From Candidatus Binataceae bacterium (GTDB lineage: Bacteria; Desulfobacterota; Binatia; Binatales; Binataceae), in NCBI GenBank assembly GCA_015478645.1, contig JADMIL010000004.1, positions 34,555 to 98,554 of the forward strand: DNA of 64,000 nt. The letters run 5' to 3'. This document shows, in pieces, positions 26,238 to 38,802 of the stretch (its first letter is position 1; each line of letters starts with the position of its first letter). Below the pieces are notes generated by a model. That model ran no database searches. It had not been told where the DNA came from and was given only the letters and a program-made list of their open reading frames with translations. Made by a program: the position numbers and the translations under genes.

Positions 26238-27401
26238 ATGGATTTCGAACTGAGCGAATCGCAGAATGAAATTATCGCCGGCGTGCGCGCGATGTGTCAG
26301 CGTTTCCCCGACGAATACTGGCGCGGCAAGGATCTGCGCGGCGAATTTCCCCACGAGTTCTACAAGGCGGTGGCGGAGGCCGGCTTCCTCGGGATCGCGA
26401 TACCCGAGGAATACGGCGGCAGCGGTCTTGGCATCACCGAGGCCGCGCTGGTCATGCAGCAGATCGCCTACGCCGGCGCGATGAACGCGGCGAGTGCGGT
26501 CCATCTGGGAATTTTCGGCCTCACCCCGCTCATCCGCCACGGCAGCGAGGAGCTCAAGCGGCGCTATCTGCCGCGCGTGATCAGCGGCGAGATGCATCTG
26601 TCGTTTGCGGTCACCGAACCCGACGCCGGCAACGACATCACGCATATCAAAACCTTTGCCCGGCGCGACGGCGACAACTACGTGATCAACGGCCGCAAGA
26701 TTTTCATCACCAAGGCCAAGGAAGCGCATCGGATGTTGCTGCTGACGCGCACCACGCCGATCGAAGACGTCAAGCGCAAGACCGACGGCATGACGCTGTT
26801 CTTCGTCGAACTCGATCGCGACGCGGTCGAGGTCCGCGAGCTGCGCAAGCTCGGCCGCCACGGCGTCGACACCAACATGCTCTTCATCGACAACCTGCGG
26901 GTCTCGGCCAGCGAGGTCGTCGGCGAGGTCGGCCGCGGCTTCCATACGCTGCTCGACGGACTCAATCCCGAGCGCATCCTGATTGCCGCCGAGGGTATCG
27001 GGATGGGCCGCGCGGCGATCGACAAGGCCGTGCGCTACGCCAAGGAGCGGGTGGTCTTCGGCCGGCCGATCGGCCAGAACCAGGCGATCGCGCATCCGCT
27101 TGCCGACGCCTATTCCAAGCTCGAAGTGGCCGAACTGATGATGCTCAAGGCGGGCTGGCTGTTCGACCATCACAAGCCCTGCGGCGCCGAATCCAATATC
27201 GCCAAGCTGCGCTCCGCCGACGCCTCGTTCGAGGCCTGCGATCGCGCCGTGCAGACGCTTGGCGGCTACGGCTACATGCAGGAGTACGACGTCGAACGCT
27301 ACTTCCGCGAATGCCGCCTGCTCAAGATCGCGCCGGTCTCGCAGGAGATGGTGCTCAACTCGATCAGCGAACACGTGCTGATGCTGCCGCGGTCGTATTG
27401 A
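26238..27401 (+). CDS. Acyl-CoA dehydrogenase
   Basis: IPEEYGGSG, FAVTEPDAG, INGRKIFIT, ERILIAA, FGRPIGQNQ, GGYGY..EY.VER. Confidence 0.95.
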   Translation: MDFELSESQNEIIAGVRAMCQRFPDEYWRGKDLRGEFPHEFYKAVAEAGFLGIAIPEEYGGSGLGITEAALVMQQIAYAGAMNAASAVHLGIFGLTPLIRHGSEELKRRYLPRVISGEMHLSFAVTEPDAGNDITHIKTFARRDGDNYVINGRKIFITKAKEAHRMLLLTRTTPIEDVKRKTDGMTLFFVELDRDAVEVRELRKLGRHGVDTNMLFIDNLRVSASEVVGEVGRGFHTLLDGLNPERILIAAEGIGMGRAAIDKAVRYAKERVVFGRPIGQNQAIAHPLADAYSKLEVAELMMLKAGWLFDHHKPCGAESNIAKLRSADASFEACDRAVQTLGGYGYMQEYDVERYFRECRLLKIAPVSQEMVLNSISEHVLMLPRSY

Positions 27402-27459
27402 TTCGGCGGCGTCGATGGCGAATCGCGAGTAACCGGCGGTGCCCGCCCGGCCGTGACCG

Positions 27460-27813
27460 ATGAAACGTGGCGGATGGATCATGCTGGCCGGCGCGCTGGC
27501 CTTCGGCGGCTTCGTCTTTTACTCCCTGGCCACGGTCGAGCCGGTGCGCGTGGTGCGCAGCCAGCTCGACCGTGCCGGCGATCGCGTCTGCGTGGCGGGC
27601 GCGGTGCGCAATACCGCCAATTCGGCCCGCGCGATCGACCTCGAAGTGCACTATTTCGACCGTCAGGGGCGCCCGTTGGGGCAGGATACGGTGGTAATCG
27701 CCGACCTGGCGCCCGGCGCAGTGCGCGACTTCAAGACTCCCGCGCACATCATCACGGGCGTAGCCGACTTCTCGATCTACATGAATAAGGGGCGCAATCC
27801 CTACGGTAATTGA
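27460..27813 (+). CDS. FxLYD-like domain membrane-anchored protein
   Basis: N-terminal TM; V.G.VRN, V.YFD..G..LG, .L.PG....F. Confidence 0.65.
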   Translation: MKRGGWIMLAGALAFGGFVFYSLATVEPVRVVRSQLDRAGDRVCVAGAVRNTANSARAIDLEVHYFDRQGRPLGQDTVVIADLAPGAVRDFKTPAHIITGVADFSIYMNKGRNPYGN

Positions 27814-28212
27814 GCCCCGGCGGACGCGGCGGGGAAGCCCCCGGGCGGCCGGGGTAACCATCGGCTGGCCCATTCGTGTTCGATCTGCGATTGGCCCGCG
27901 GCGACCCCGTGGATATGCTTGCCCAACGCTCTTCGGTAAGGCTTAATAGTTCCGACGTTGAGAGACATCCAGACACGGATTATTACTTTTAGGCAATTCC
28001 ACAGGGTGCAGGATCGGTTAATCTGGCCATATGGATGCTGACCCGGGTTTGGGATAGATAAATGCTGGCGAGTGGTGTGATTGCGCGGCCTAAAAGTAGT
28101 TGCGCAAATGCATTGAGCGTCACACTCAGACCAATTCCGGGGCCGCTTTGATGGCACCCTGTAGATCACAATCCGCGGGCACCGGGGCTCGCCTAGCTTG
28201 ATCGGACGGTCG

Positions 28213-28641
28213 ATGGCAAAACGCAAAGAGCGACAATTTGGTCCGGTAATTCGGGAACGGCGGCGGCAACTCGATCTCACCCAGCAAGAGGTCGCCCACC
28301 GCATCAAGACGTCGACGCCTTATGTCGGCCATCTCGAATCGGGCAAAAGACACCCCTCGGACAAGGTTCTGAGCAAGCTTGCCGAGGTGCTCGGCCTGGA
28401 TCGCCGCGATCTGTTTTTTCTCGCCAATCCGCGCGCGGTCGAGCTGCTGCGCACGCCCACCGAGGGCGGCAAGGAGTCCGCCTGGACGGCCTTTCGCAAG
28501 GACGAGCGCATCCGCCGTGTCCATAATATCGCGGCTGACGAGATGGAGCTGCTGGGGCGCGTCGCCGCGATGGGCGAAATTGGCTCGGCGCGCGATTTGA
28601 TTTACCTGCTGACGACCGTGCGCCACGTACTCGGCCGCTAG
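28213..28641 (+). CDS. XRE-family HTH transcriptional regulator
   Basis: IRERR..L.LTQ.EVA......YV..LESG.R.PS..VL.KLA.VL. Confidence 0.9.
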   Translation: MAKRKERQFGPVIRERRRQLDLTQQEVAHRIKTSTPYVGHLESGKRHPSDKVLSKLAEVLGLDRRDLFFLANPRAVELLRTPTEGGKESAWTAFRKDERIRRVHNIAADEMELLGRVAAMGEIGSARDLIYLLTTVRHVLGR

Positions 28642-28750
28642 GGAACCTTCTGCGCAAGTTAGGTCGTCATTCTGAGCGTAGCGAAGAATCCCGGATCCGG
28701 GACCCATGCGCTTCGCTCAGGGTGACAGCAGAGCCTTGTGCAGAGGTTCC
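28642..28750. mobile_element. MITE with IS5-like terminal inverted repeats enclosing a REP-like hairpin (copy 1)
   Basis: GGAACCTTCTGCGCAAG ... CTTGTGCAGAGGTTCC flanked by CTAG on both sides; near-identical copy at 48276-48383. Confidence 0.8.
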
Positions 28751-28800
28751 CTAGGCCGCTCGCGCCACGCCGGCGGACCGGCCGCACCGCGCGCGAGGTC

Positions 28801-29706
28801 ATGCGTCGCGCCGCCCAATCGGCTACGCTGGACGGCCGGATGAGAGTGCGCATTCTCCATGCGAGCGCCCCGCAATGGTCGGCCGCCGCCGGGCATCTCG
28901 ACGAGCTGATCGCCGGGTCCGGCTTCCAGACCGTCAAGCGCACGGCGCGCACCGTCGCCGGCTTCATCGAGGTTGCCGGCGCCCGCGCCTTCGTCAAGCG
29001 CGTGGCCGAAGATTCCTGGATCAAGGGCTGGATGAGTAATTTTGCCGGCGCCCGTGCGCGGCGCGTCCTGCGTGGCGCGGCGATGCTCGAGGCCGTCGGC
29101 TTCGCCCATCCGCGACCGCTGGCCGCGGTCGAGTTCGTGCGCCTGGGGGCGGTTCGCGCCAGCGCGGTTATCAGCGAGGAACTGGCCGGCGCCGAGATCC
29201 TGAGCAAGGTCGCCTTCGCCGGCGGACGAGTCCGTTTCCGCCATCGCGTGGCGGTCTCGCGTGCCGTCGCCGACGCGGTTCGCCGTCTGCACGACGCGGG
29301 CATCTACACCCGCGATCTGCAAGAGACCAATCTGTTGCTCGCGCGCGCGGCCGGTGCCGAAGCAGGCTCGGGCGCCGCCCAATCCGCCAGCGATGCGGCC
29401 ACGCGATGGACGATCAATTTTGTCGACCTCGAGGACTTTCGCCGCGTTCGCACGGTCTCCGATCGCCGCCGTATGCTCAACCTGGTCCATCTCGACCGCA
29501 GCATCGGGCGCTTTGTCTCGCGCAGCCAGCGCCTGCGTTTTTTCTACTTTTACCTTGGCGAACGACCGCCGCGCGCCGAGGCGCGCCGCCGCGTGCATCG
29601 CTTCATTGCCCTGCGCAGGCGCATCGACGATCGCGCGCGCCGCAATCATCGGCCGGCCGGCACTGCCGCGATCGCACCGGCCACGCCGCATTCGCGCGCC
29701 GGCTGA
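28801..29706 (+). CDS. Lipopolysaccharide kinase (Kdo/WaaP/InaA family)
   Basis: FVKR, P.PLA, LH.AGIY.RDL...NLL, FVDLE, R..NL..L, RLRF...Y; start uncertain. Confidence 0.8.
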   Translation: MRRAAQSATLDGRMRVRILHASAPQWSAAAGHLDELIAGSGFQTVKRTARTVAGFIEVAGARAFVKRVAEDSWIKGWMSNFAGARARRVLRGAAMLEAVGFAHPRPLAAVEFVRLGAVRASAVISEELAGAEILSKVAFAGGRVRFRHRVAVSRAVADAVRRLHDAGIYTRDLQETNLLLARAAGAEAGSGAAQSASDAATRWTINFVDLEDFRRVRTVSDRRRMLNLVHLDRSIGRFVSRSQRLRFFYFYLGERPPRAEARRRVHRFIALRRRIDDRARRNHRPAGTAAIAPATPHSRAG

Positions 29707-29725
29707 ACCACGGGAGCGGACGATC

Positions 29726-30451
29726 ATGGCGCTGGGCGCATGGAAACGCGAATACGATCATCACACCGAGCAAATTCACGCCGTCGGCGGCCCCAGCCTG
29801 CGCGACGTGATGCTGGGCCTCAACGACGGCCTGGTGGCCTCGTTCGCGGTTACTTCGGGCGTTGCCGGGGCCTTCAGCGCGGCCAATATCGTGATCATGG
29901 CGGGGCTCTCCGAGATGCTCGGCGGGGCGGTCGCGATGGGGCTCGCGGCCTACGCCTCGGCGCGCGCGCAAGTCGAGTTCTACCAGAGCGAAATCGAGCG
30001 CGAGCGCGATGAAATCGAGCGCTGGCCCGAACGCGAGCGCGACGAAGTCAGCTCGATCTACCGCAAAAAGGGCTTCGCCGGTCCGCTGCTCGATCAGATC
30101 GTCGCGCATATCACGGCCGACCCGGCGCGCTGGAGCAGCGTCATGATGCGCGAGGAGCTGGGTTTCGGCACCGACATCGATCAGCCGCCGCTGCGCTCAG
30201 GCCTGACCGTCGGCCTGTCCTATCTGCTCGGCGCGATGGTGCCGGTGATGCCGTATCTGCTGGTGGCGCCGCCGCACGGCATTCTCGCCTCGGCAATCGC
30301 CACGGTCGTCGTGCTCTTCGGCGTCGGCGCGGCCAAGACCGCGATCACCTCGCGCTCATGGTGGCGCAGCGGCCTCGAAAGCATGGCCATCGGCATCGCC
30401 GCCGCCGCCGTCACTTATGGCGCCGGCAAACTCTTCGCCAGCCGCCACTAA
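29726..30451 (+). CDS. VIT1/CCC1 family Fe/Mn transporter
   Basis: LRD..LG.NDGLV.F, G.....G..AMG...Y.S, M..EELG, S...GA.VP. Confidence 0.92.
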   Translation: MALGAWKREYDHHTEQIHAVGGPSLRDVMLGLNDGLVASFAVTSGVAGAFSAANIVIMAGLSEMLGGAVAMGLAAYASARAQVEFYQSEIERERDEIERWPERERDEVSSIYRKKGFAGPLLDQIVAHITADPARWSSVMMREELGFGTDIDQPPLRSGLTVGLSYLLGAMVPVMPYLLVAPPHGILASAIATVVVLFGVGAAKTAITSRSWWRSGLESMAIGIAAAAVTYGAGKLFASRH

Positions 30452-30619
30452 CCCGGGCCGCCTGCACGGGCGTTCCACGCAGTCAGGTCGCGGTCGATAA
30501 TCGATCCCGCGTCTCCATCGAAAGTATTAGCTACACTGGGAGACGAAAAGCACGTTTTAGTAGTATCTGAGGTCGCTTTATGCCTAACTAGGGCTAATTC
30601 GATTTTTTAAGAGGGGCTC

Positions 30620-31555
30620 ATGCCCAGATTCGCCAAGGAACGTGTGGATGAAGGGGCAGCCTTGCCCAACTTTATCGGCGTGGGGCCGCCGCGTACCGGT
30701 ACGACCTGGCTGGATCAGATTCTGCGCGGGCACGTAAATCTACCGGCCGGGATCAAAGAGACGTTGTTTTTCGATGTGCGCTATCCACGCGGCATCGAAT
30801 GGTACGCCTACCATTTCAGAAACCGGCGGCCGGGGGTGCCCACTGGCGAGTTCGGGCCTTCGTACTTTTCCTCGGACGCGGCGCGCGAGCGCCTCGCGCG
30901 GCATATCCCGGACTGCAAAATCATCTGCACCCTGCGCGAGCCCGTCGCCCGGCACTACTCGAACTACAAAATGTGGCGCAAGATGGCGCTGGTCAAGGAG
31001 CCCTTCGCACGGATCGCCGAACGGCATAAGGATTTGCTCGCGTACGCCAGGTACACGGAAAATATAACGGAGTGGCAGCGCATCTTCGGGCGGGAGAACG
31101 TCCTGGTGCTGATTCTCGAGGACGCGCGGCGTAGCCCGCAGCAGTATATCGATACTATTTGTAGCTTTATCGGCGCCGAAAGATTGAACCTGGCGGGAGT
31201 GGCGCACGTTGGCGACTCGGTCAATGGCGTGGACCGCGCGCCCAAGTACCGCCGGATGGCGCGGCGGGCGCGCAAACTCAGAGGCTTCCTCGGCGACCAT
31301 CGGTATTGGCGCACGCGCCGCGTGATGAATCCGGTATTCGATTACTGGATGGGACGCGGAGCGGAATTTCCGCCGCTCGATCCGGCGCTGGAAAGCCGGT
31401 TGCGCCAGCGTTTCAAACCCGAGATCGCGGCGCTCGAAGAATTGCTCGGGCGCGACCTTTCGTGCTGGCGCGAGACCCTCGCCCAAGCGTCGATGGCGCA
31501 AACCTCGGACAGCCGGCGGACGGGCGTTCGCGTCGGCGAGCGCGGCTCCGCCTGA
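30620..31555 (+). CDS. Sulfotransferase (Sulfotransfer_1/3)
   Basis: PNFIGVGPPRTGTTWL, KE..FFD, G..WY, LREPV.R.YS. Confidence 0.88.
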   Translation: MPRFAKERVDEGAALPNFIGVGPPRTGTTWLDQILRGHVNLPAGIKETLFFDVRYPRGIEWYAYHFRNRRPGVPTGEFGPSYFSSDAARERLARHIPDCKIICTLREPVARHYSNYKMWRKMALVKEPFARIAERHKDLLAYARYTENITEWQRIFGRENVLVLILEDARRSPQQYIDTICSFIGAERLNLAGVAHVGDSVNGVDRAPKYRRMARRARKLRGFLGDHRYWRTRRVMNPVFDYWMGRGAEFPPLDPALESRLRQRFKPEIAALEELLGRDLSCWRETLAQASMAQTSDSRRTGVRVGERGSA

Positions 31556-31583
31556 ACGCTAGGGAACCGGCGGCCGCGCGCCG

Positions 31584-32465
31584 CTAGACCGGATCAGGCC
31601 GTGCGCGCGGTCGCGTCCAGGCCGTCAGGTCGCGGCCGATCAGCCCCTCGAGCGCCTCGATTTCCGGGCGCAGGCGCTCGCGCAAAGCGGCTTCGGTCGC
31701 CGGATGCATCGGTGCAAAAGGCTCGCCGCCCTCCGCACAGAACGTGAATACCGGCTTGAGGAACTCGCGCATCCGCGGCATCCCCCGCTGCTCGAGCGCG
31801 ACCCGCAGCTTGCGCGCGCCGCGGGCCAGCCGCGGGCTGCGCGGCGCCCGCGTCATCCGATTGACGCGCGCGTGTGCAAAGCGCGAGTTCGCCAGATTAA
31901 CCGGCGCGATGCCGATGAAGCCGCATACGCGATCGAGATATTCCTGCGGATGCGCCTCCAGGTCGTCATAGATCATGACCAGCGTGCGCGCGGCCCCGAA
32001 GACCTCGAGCCAGCGGCCCAGATGATACGCGTAGCGGCTGTTGGAGAGCAGATTGCCGGCGCGCTCGGCCCACCGCTCATGGTCGGCCAGCGCCGCCTCG
32101 AACGAGATCGCGCCGAGCCAGCCTTCACGCCTGAGCAACTGGTAATGCGAATAGATCCGATCGACCGGATCGCGCAGCGTCACCAGGATCTGGCAGTGCG
32201 GGATATGCTCGACGATGCGTTCCGGAGCCCGCGGCCATTCGAAGTAGACCGGTCCAAACTCGAGCACCGGCAGCGCCGGGTCGCAGTCGCGGAAATGCGC
32301 GCGATACCATTCGATCCCGAGCCCATAGTTGAGCGAAAAGAAATCCGTCTCCTTGATCCCGCTGGGCAGTCCCACGTGCCCGCGCAGCACCGCGTCGAGC
32401 CAGGTGGTCGCCGTGCGCGGCGGCCCCACGCCGATCGTGCCGGGCAGCCGGGTCGCCGCACTCAT
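31584..32465 (-). CDS. Sulfotransferase
   Basis: GVGPPRTATTWL, KETDFF, LRDPVDRIYS. Confidence 0.87.
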   Translation of the reverse strand: MSAATRLPGTIGVGPPRTATTWLDAVLRGHVGLPSGIKETDFFSLNYGLGIEWYRAHFRDCDPALPVLEFGPVYFEWPRAPERIVEHIPHCQILVTLRDPVDRIYSHYQLLRREGWLGAISFEAALADHERWAERAGNLLSNSRYAYHLGRWLEVFGAARTLVMIYDDLEAHPQEYLDRVCGFIGIAPVNLANSRFAHARVNRMTRAPRSPRLARGARKLRVALEQRGMPRMREFLKPVFTFCAEGGEPFAPMHPATEAALRERLRPEIEALEGLIGRDLTAWTRPRARPDPV

Positions 32466-32475
32466 GAGACGTGCT

Positions 32476-33408
32476 TCATCGCGCGGCCCGCGTGCGTCCG
32501 GAGAGCGCCCGCGCCAGCCGCAGCGGCAGATAGGTCTTGGCGTAGCGCAGCAGATTCTTCATCCGCCACGGATCGAACTCCAGGGCGCGGCGAAACGCCT
32601 CGCGCGCCTCGCCACGATCGCCCCGGTCGAGCGCGCGCAGCCCAATATAGCCGAGCAGGCTGCGCGACGCGCGCCCGCGCGACTTCCTCAGATGATCCGC
32701 GCCGACGTGGTAGCGCTCGCGCAGGATCCGGTCGAAGGTTACAAACGCTTCGGGCTTGATCCAGCCAACCTTGAGCGGCCGCGGAAAGAGCGCAAAGCGC
32801 CATTTGACCAGCGGCTCCGGAATGTAGCAAAACGCGCCTTGCTCGCGCACCCGCAGCCAGAAAATCACGTCCTCGAAGCCGTACGACCGGAACTCCTCGA
32901 TAAATCCGCCGCACGCCGCATACGCCGCGCGCCGCATCACCACCGCGCTCGGCATGATCGGCCACAGCCGCGCAAGCATCTCCTCGAGCGTCGGCGCATG
33001 ATCGGCGCCCGCGCCCACCAATGCCGAGCCCAGGTCGCCGCCCTCGCTGTCGATCACCGCGCAGTTGCAGTAGGCGAGCACGCAGGCCGGATCGCGGTCG
33101 AGGGCCGCGACCGCGCGCGCAACCATCGTCGGCATCCAGATATCGTCACAGTCGAGGAACGCGAGATATTCACCGGTGGCCGCGGAGGCACCGCTGTTGC
33201 GCGCCGCCGCGATTCCGCCGTTGGGCCGTTCGATGATCCGGATCCGCCCGTTGTAGCGGCGCAGCACCGCGGCCGTCGCATCGGTCGAGCCGTCGTCGAC
33301 CACGATCACTTCGAGCGCGGCAAAGCTCTGCGCGAGCGCGCTGTCGATCGCCGCGGCCACCGTCGCCGCGCCGTTGTACACCGGGATTATCGCCGAGACG
33401 CGCGCCAT
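32476..33408 (-). CDS. Glycosyltransferase family 2
   Basis: VSAIIPVYNG, VVDDGSTD, ARN.G, FLDCDD, ED. Confidence 0.93.
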   Translation of the reverse strand: MARVSAIIPVYNGAATVAAAIDSALAQSFAALEVIVVDDGSTDATAAVLRRYNGRIRIIERPNGGIAAARNSGASAATGEYLAFLDCDDIWMPTMVARAVAALDRDPACVLAYCNCAVIDSEGGDLGSALVGAGADHAPTLEEMLARLWPIMPSAVVMRRAAYAACGGFIEEFRSYGFEDVIFWLRVREQGAFCYIPEPLVKWRFALFPRPLKVGWIKPEAFVTFDRILRERYHVGADHLRKSRGRASRSLLGYIGLRALDRGDRGEAREAFRRALEFDPWRMKNLLRYAKTYLPLRLARALSGRTRAAR

Positions 33409-33443
33409 CGAACCGAGCTTACCGCAATGCGCCGCGGACTGCT

Positions 33444-34319
33444 TCAGCCGCGCGCGCCGGCCGGCGGCGGCGGCGCGGATGGTTCCACAGCGCCGCGCGG
33501 CCGCGTCCACGCCGAGAGGTCGCGGCCAATCAGCGCCGCCAGCGCCTCGACCTCGGGGCGAAAGCGCTCGCGCAGGCGCGCCTCGACGGCCGGATCGAGC
33601 GCCGTGAATTCGGCGCCGCCCTCGAAGCAATAGCGCCACACGCCGGCGCGGCCGAGCAGGTTCATCGCCCGATAGGCCTCGCGCGCCTTGAGCCAGTCGC
33701 GCAGCTTGCGCGCCCGCCGTGCGAGGCGTTGATTGCGGGGCGGCGCCCTGAAGGTGTTGACCCGCCGATCGCCGACCGGCGAATCCGCGAGCGGGAACGG
33801 CGCGATGCCGATAAAGCGGCATACGCGGTCGAGATAGCCCTGCGCGTCGGCCTCGAGGTCGTCATGGATCAGCACGAGCACGTTGTCGCGCCCGAACGTG
33901 TCGAACCAGGCCTTGAGCCCGCCGTCGTTGTTGGCCGGATTTTTCATCACCCACGTTTCGAAGTCGTCGCGGGTCCACGCATTGCGCAAGGCGAGCTTGT
34001 AGAACGAGTAGCGCCTTTCGACCGGATCGCGAAATGTGCAGATGATGCGGCAGTGCGGCAGATGCAGCGCGATGCGCTCGCGGGCGATCGCCGAATAGTA
34101 ACTCGGACAGATCTCGCCGGCCGGCCGCGCCGGATCGCATTCGCTGAAATAGCCCTTGTACCATTCGATGCCGCGCGCGTAGTTCTCAACGAAAAAGTCC
34201 ACTTCCTTGATCTCGCGCGGCAGGCCCACGTGCCCGCGCAGCACCGCGTCGAGCCATGAGGTCGCCGCGCGCGGCGGCCCCACGCCGAGAAAATCCGGCA
34301 GCCGGCCGCCGGCCGTCAT
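33444..34319 (-). CDS. Sulfotransferase
   Basis: PDFLGVGPPRAATSWL, KEVDFF, RDPVERRYS. Confidence 0.87.
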   Translation of the reverse strand: MTAGGRLPDFLGVGPPRAATSWLDAVLRGHVGLPREIKEVDFFVENYARGIEWYKGYFSECDPARPAGEICPSYYSAIARERIALHLPHCRIICTFRDPVERRYSFYKLALRNAWTRDDFETWVMKNPANNDGGLKAWFDTFGRDNVLVLIHDDLEADAQGYLDRVCRFIGIAPFPLADSPVGDRRVNTFRAPPRNQRLARRARKLRDWLKAREAYRAMNLLGRAGVWRYCFEGGAEFTALDPAVEARLRERFRPEVEALAALIGRDLSAWTRPRGAVEPSAPPPPAGARG

Positions 34320-34627
34320 ACTTCCACCAGCACGTCGTCGCCCTCGAGCCGCACGGCAAAGCAGCTCACACGCATCGCCGGATCGTCGACGTTCGCGCCG
34401 GTGGTGAAGTCGAACTCCCATCCGTGCCACGGACAGATCACGCGCGTGCCATAGACTTCGCCCGCGCCGAGCGGACCGCCCAGATGGCGGCAGGAGTTGT
34501 CGATCGCATGGAAGCTGCCGCCCGCGTTGAAGATCGCGATAGTGCGGCCGCCCGCCTCGACCACCTTGGCGCCGCCCTCGGGAATCTCGCCGCGCCGCGC
34601 CGCCTTGACGAAACCGGCCATGGCCAA
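34316..34627 (-). CDS. Rieske [2Fe-2S] ferredoxin
   Basis: CRH.GGPL..G....CPWHGW.FD..TG. Confidence 0.93.
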   Translation of the reverse strand: MAMAGFVKAARRGEIPEGGAKVVEAGGRTIAIFNAGGSFHAIDNSCRHLGGPLGAGEVYGTRVICPWHGWEFDFTTGANVDDPAMRVSCFAVRLEGDDVLVEV

Positions 34628-34655
34628 TACTCACTCGGCGCGTCCGGGCGCCGGA

Positions 34656-35852
34656 TCAGGTCGTGTACTCGGCGTTGATCTTGACGTAATCGAAACTTAG
34701 ATCGCAGGTCATGATCGACGCCGCGCCCTTGCCCTGCTTCAGATCGATCAGCAGTCCGAACTCGCGTTTCTTCATCTGCGCAGCGGCGCGCTCGAGCGCG
34801 CCGACCCGCAGCGCGCCACGGCTGGCCAGCTTGATCCCGCCGAGGCTGACTTCGAGCCGCTCGAGATCGAGCGCGACGCCGGCCTTGCCCGCTGCCATCA
34901 GGATGCGCCCGAAGTTCGGGTCGCAGCCGAAAAACGCGGTCTTGACCAGCGGCGAATTGGCAATCTGCCGCGCCACCCGATCGGCCTCGGCCGCCGTCCG
35001 CGCGCCGCGCACCTCGACCGTCACCAGCTTGGTCGCGCCCTCGCCGTCGCGCACCAGTTCGCGCGCCAGCGCGTCCGCCACCGCGGCCACCGCCGCCTCG
35101 AAAGCGCCGACCTCGCGCCCCCTAAGCGGTCGGTTGCCGGCCGCTCCTGAAGCCATCAGCAGCAGCGTGTCGTTGGTCGACATGTCGCCGTCGATGGTGA
35201 TTGCATTGAAGCTCGCCGGCAGCGCCCGCGCCAGCGTATGCCGCAACATCGGCGCGGCGCACGCGGCGTCGGTCACGATAAAGGCGAGCATCGTCGCCAT
35301 CTTGGGCTCGATCATTCCGGCGCCCTTGGCGCAACCCGCGATCGTCACCTCGGCGCCGCCCAGCTCGAGCACCATCGACGCGGTCTTCGGACGCGTATCG
35401 GTGGTCATGATCGCGCGCGCGAAATCGCCCAGCCGGTCGGGTCCGAGCATCGCGACCGCCTCACGGATTCCGGAGCGATATCGCGCCAGGTTGTAGGCCC
35501 GGCCGATCACCCCGGTCGAGCACGGCGCGATCAGCTCGGGCGCGCATTTGAGCGCCCCGGCCAGGGCCTTCGCCGAGTCGTGCGCGAGCTTCAGGCCAGC
35601 GTTGCCGGTGAAGCAGTTGGCCGAACCCGAGTTGGCCGCGATCGCCTGCAGCCGGCCGCGCCGCACATGCTGGTGCGCAACGATTACCGGTGCCGCCTTA
35701 ACCAGATTGGTGGTGAACACGCCGGCCGCCGCCACCGGCCAGTCCGCCGCGATTACGCCGAGATCCAGACGTCCCGGCTCGTTTCTTAGCCCCGCGCTCA
35801 CGCCGGCAAAGCGAAAGCCGCGCACCGGCGCGGGTTCGAGTCGTACCTTCAT
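34656..35852 (-). CDS. argJ: Ornithine acetyltransferase / N-acetylglutamate synthase
   Basis: GVFTTN, NSG.ANC.TG, STGVIG, AIMTTDT, KGAGMI.P.MATML, DGDMSTND, DGEGATK, INAEYTT. Confidence 0.97.
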   Translation of the reverse strand: MKVRLEPAPVRGFRFAGVSAGLRNEPGRLDLGVIAADWPVAAAGVFTTNLVKAAPVIVAHQHVRRGRLQAIAANSGSANCFTGNAGLKLAHDSAKALAGALKCAPELIAPCSTGVIGRAYNLARYRSGIREAVAMLGPDRLGDFARAIMTTDTRPKTASMVLELGGAEVTIAGCAKGAGMIEPKMATMLAFIVTDAACAAPMLRHTLARALPASFNAITIDGDMSTNDTLLLMASGAAGNRPLRGREVGAFEAAVAAVADALARELVRDGEGATKLVTVEVRGARTAAEADRVARQIANSPLVKTAFFGCDPNFGRILMAAGKAGVALDLERLEVSLGGIKLASRGALRVGALERAAAQMKKREFGLLIDLKQGKGAASIMTCDLSFDYVKINAEYTT

Positions 35853-35975
35853 CAGCTCCTCCAGGCGCCGATTTAACACGGCACCCGAACCACCTCGCAA
35901 GTACCCCGCGGCGCGCCGGGCGACGCCCGCATCCGCCGCGCCGCGTTACCGCGCGCCCGCCTTCCCGCGCGAGGC

Positions 35976-38654
<2,679 letters not shown>

Positions 38655-38802
38655 ATGGTCCGCGTAAGCTTTAGCTTGAGTTGTCCGAATCAGCTCAAAT
38701 GAAAGTAGCGCCGCTGGTCAGTCGCGGGCAAATTTTCATCAATTGTAGCCTACCGCCCGGCATATTTCAGCGTGCTCCGCCGCGGCTCGCAACGCTCGAT
38801 CT

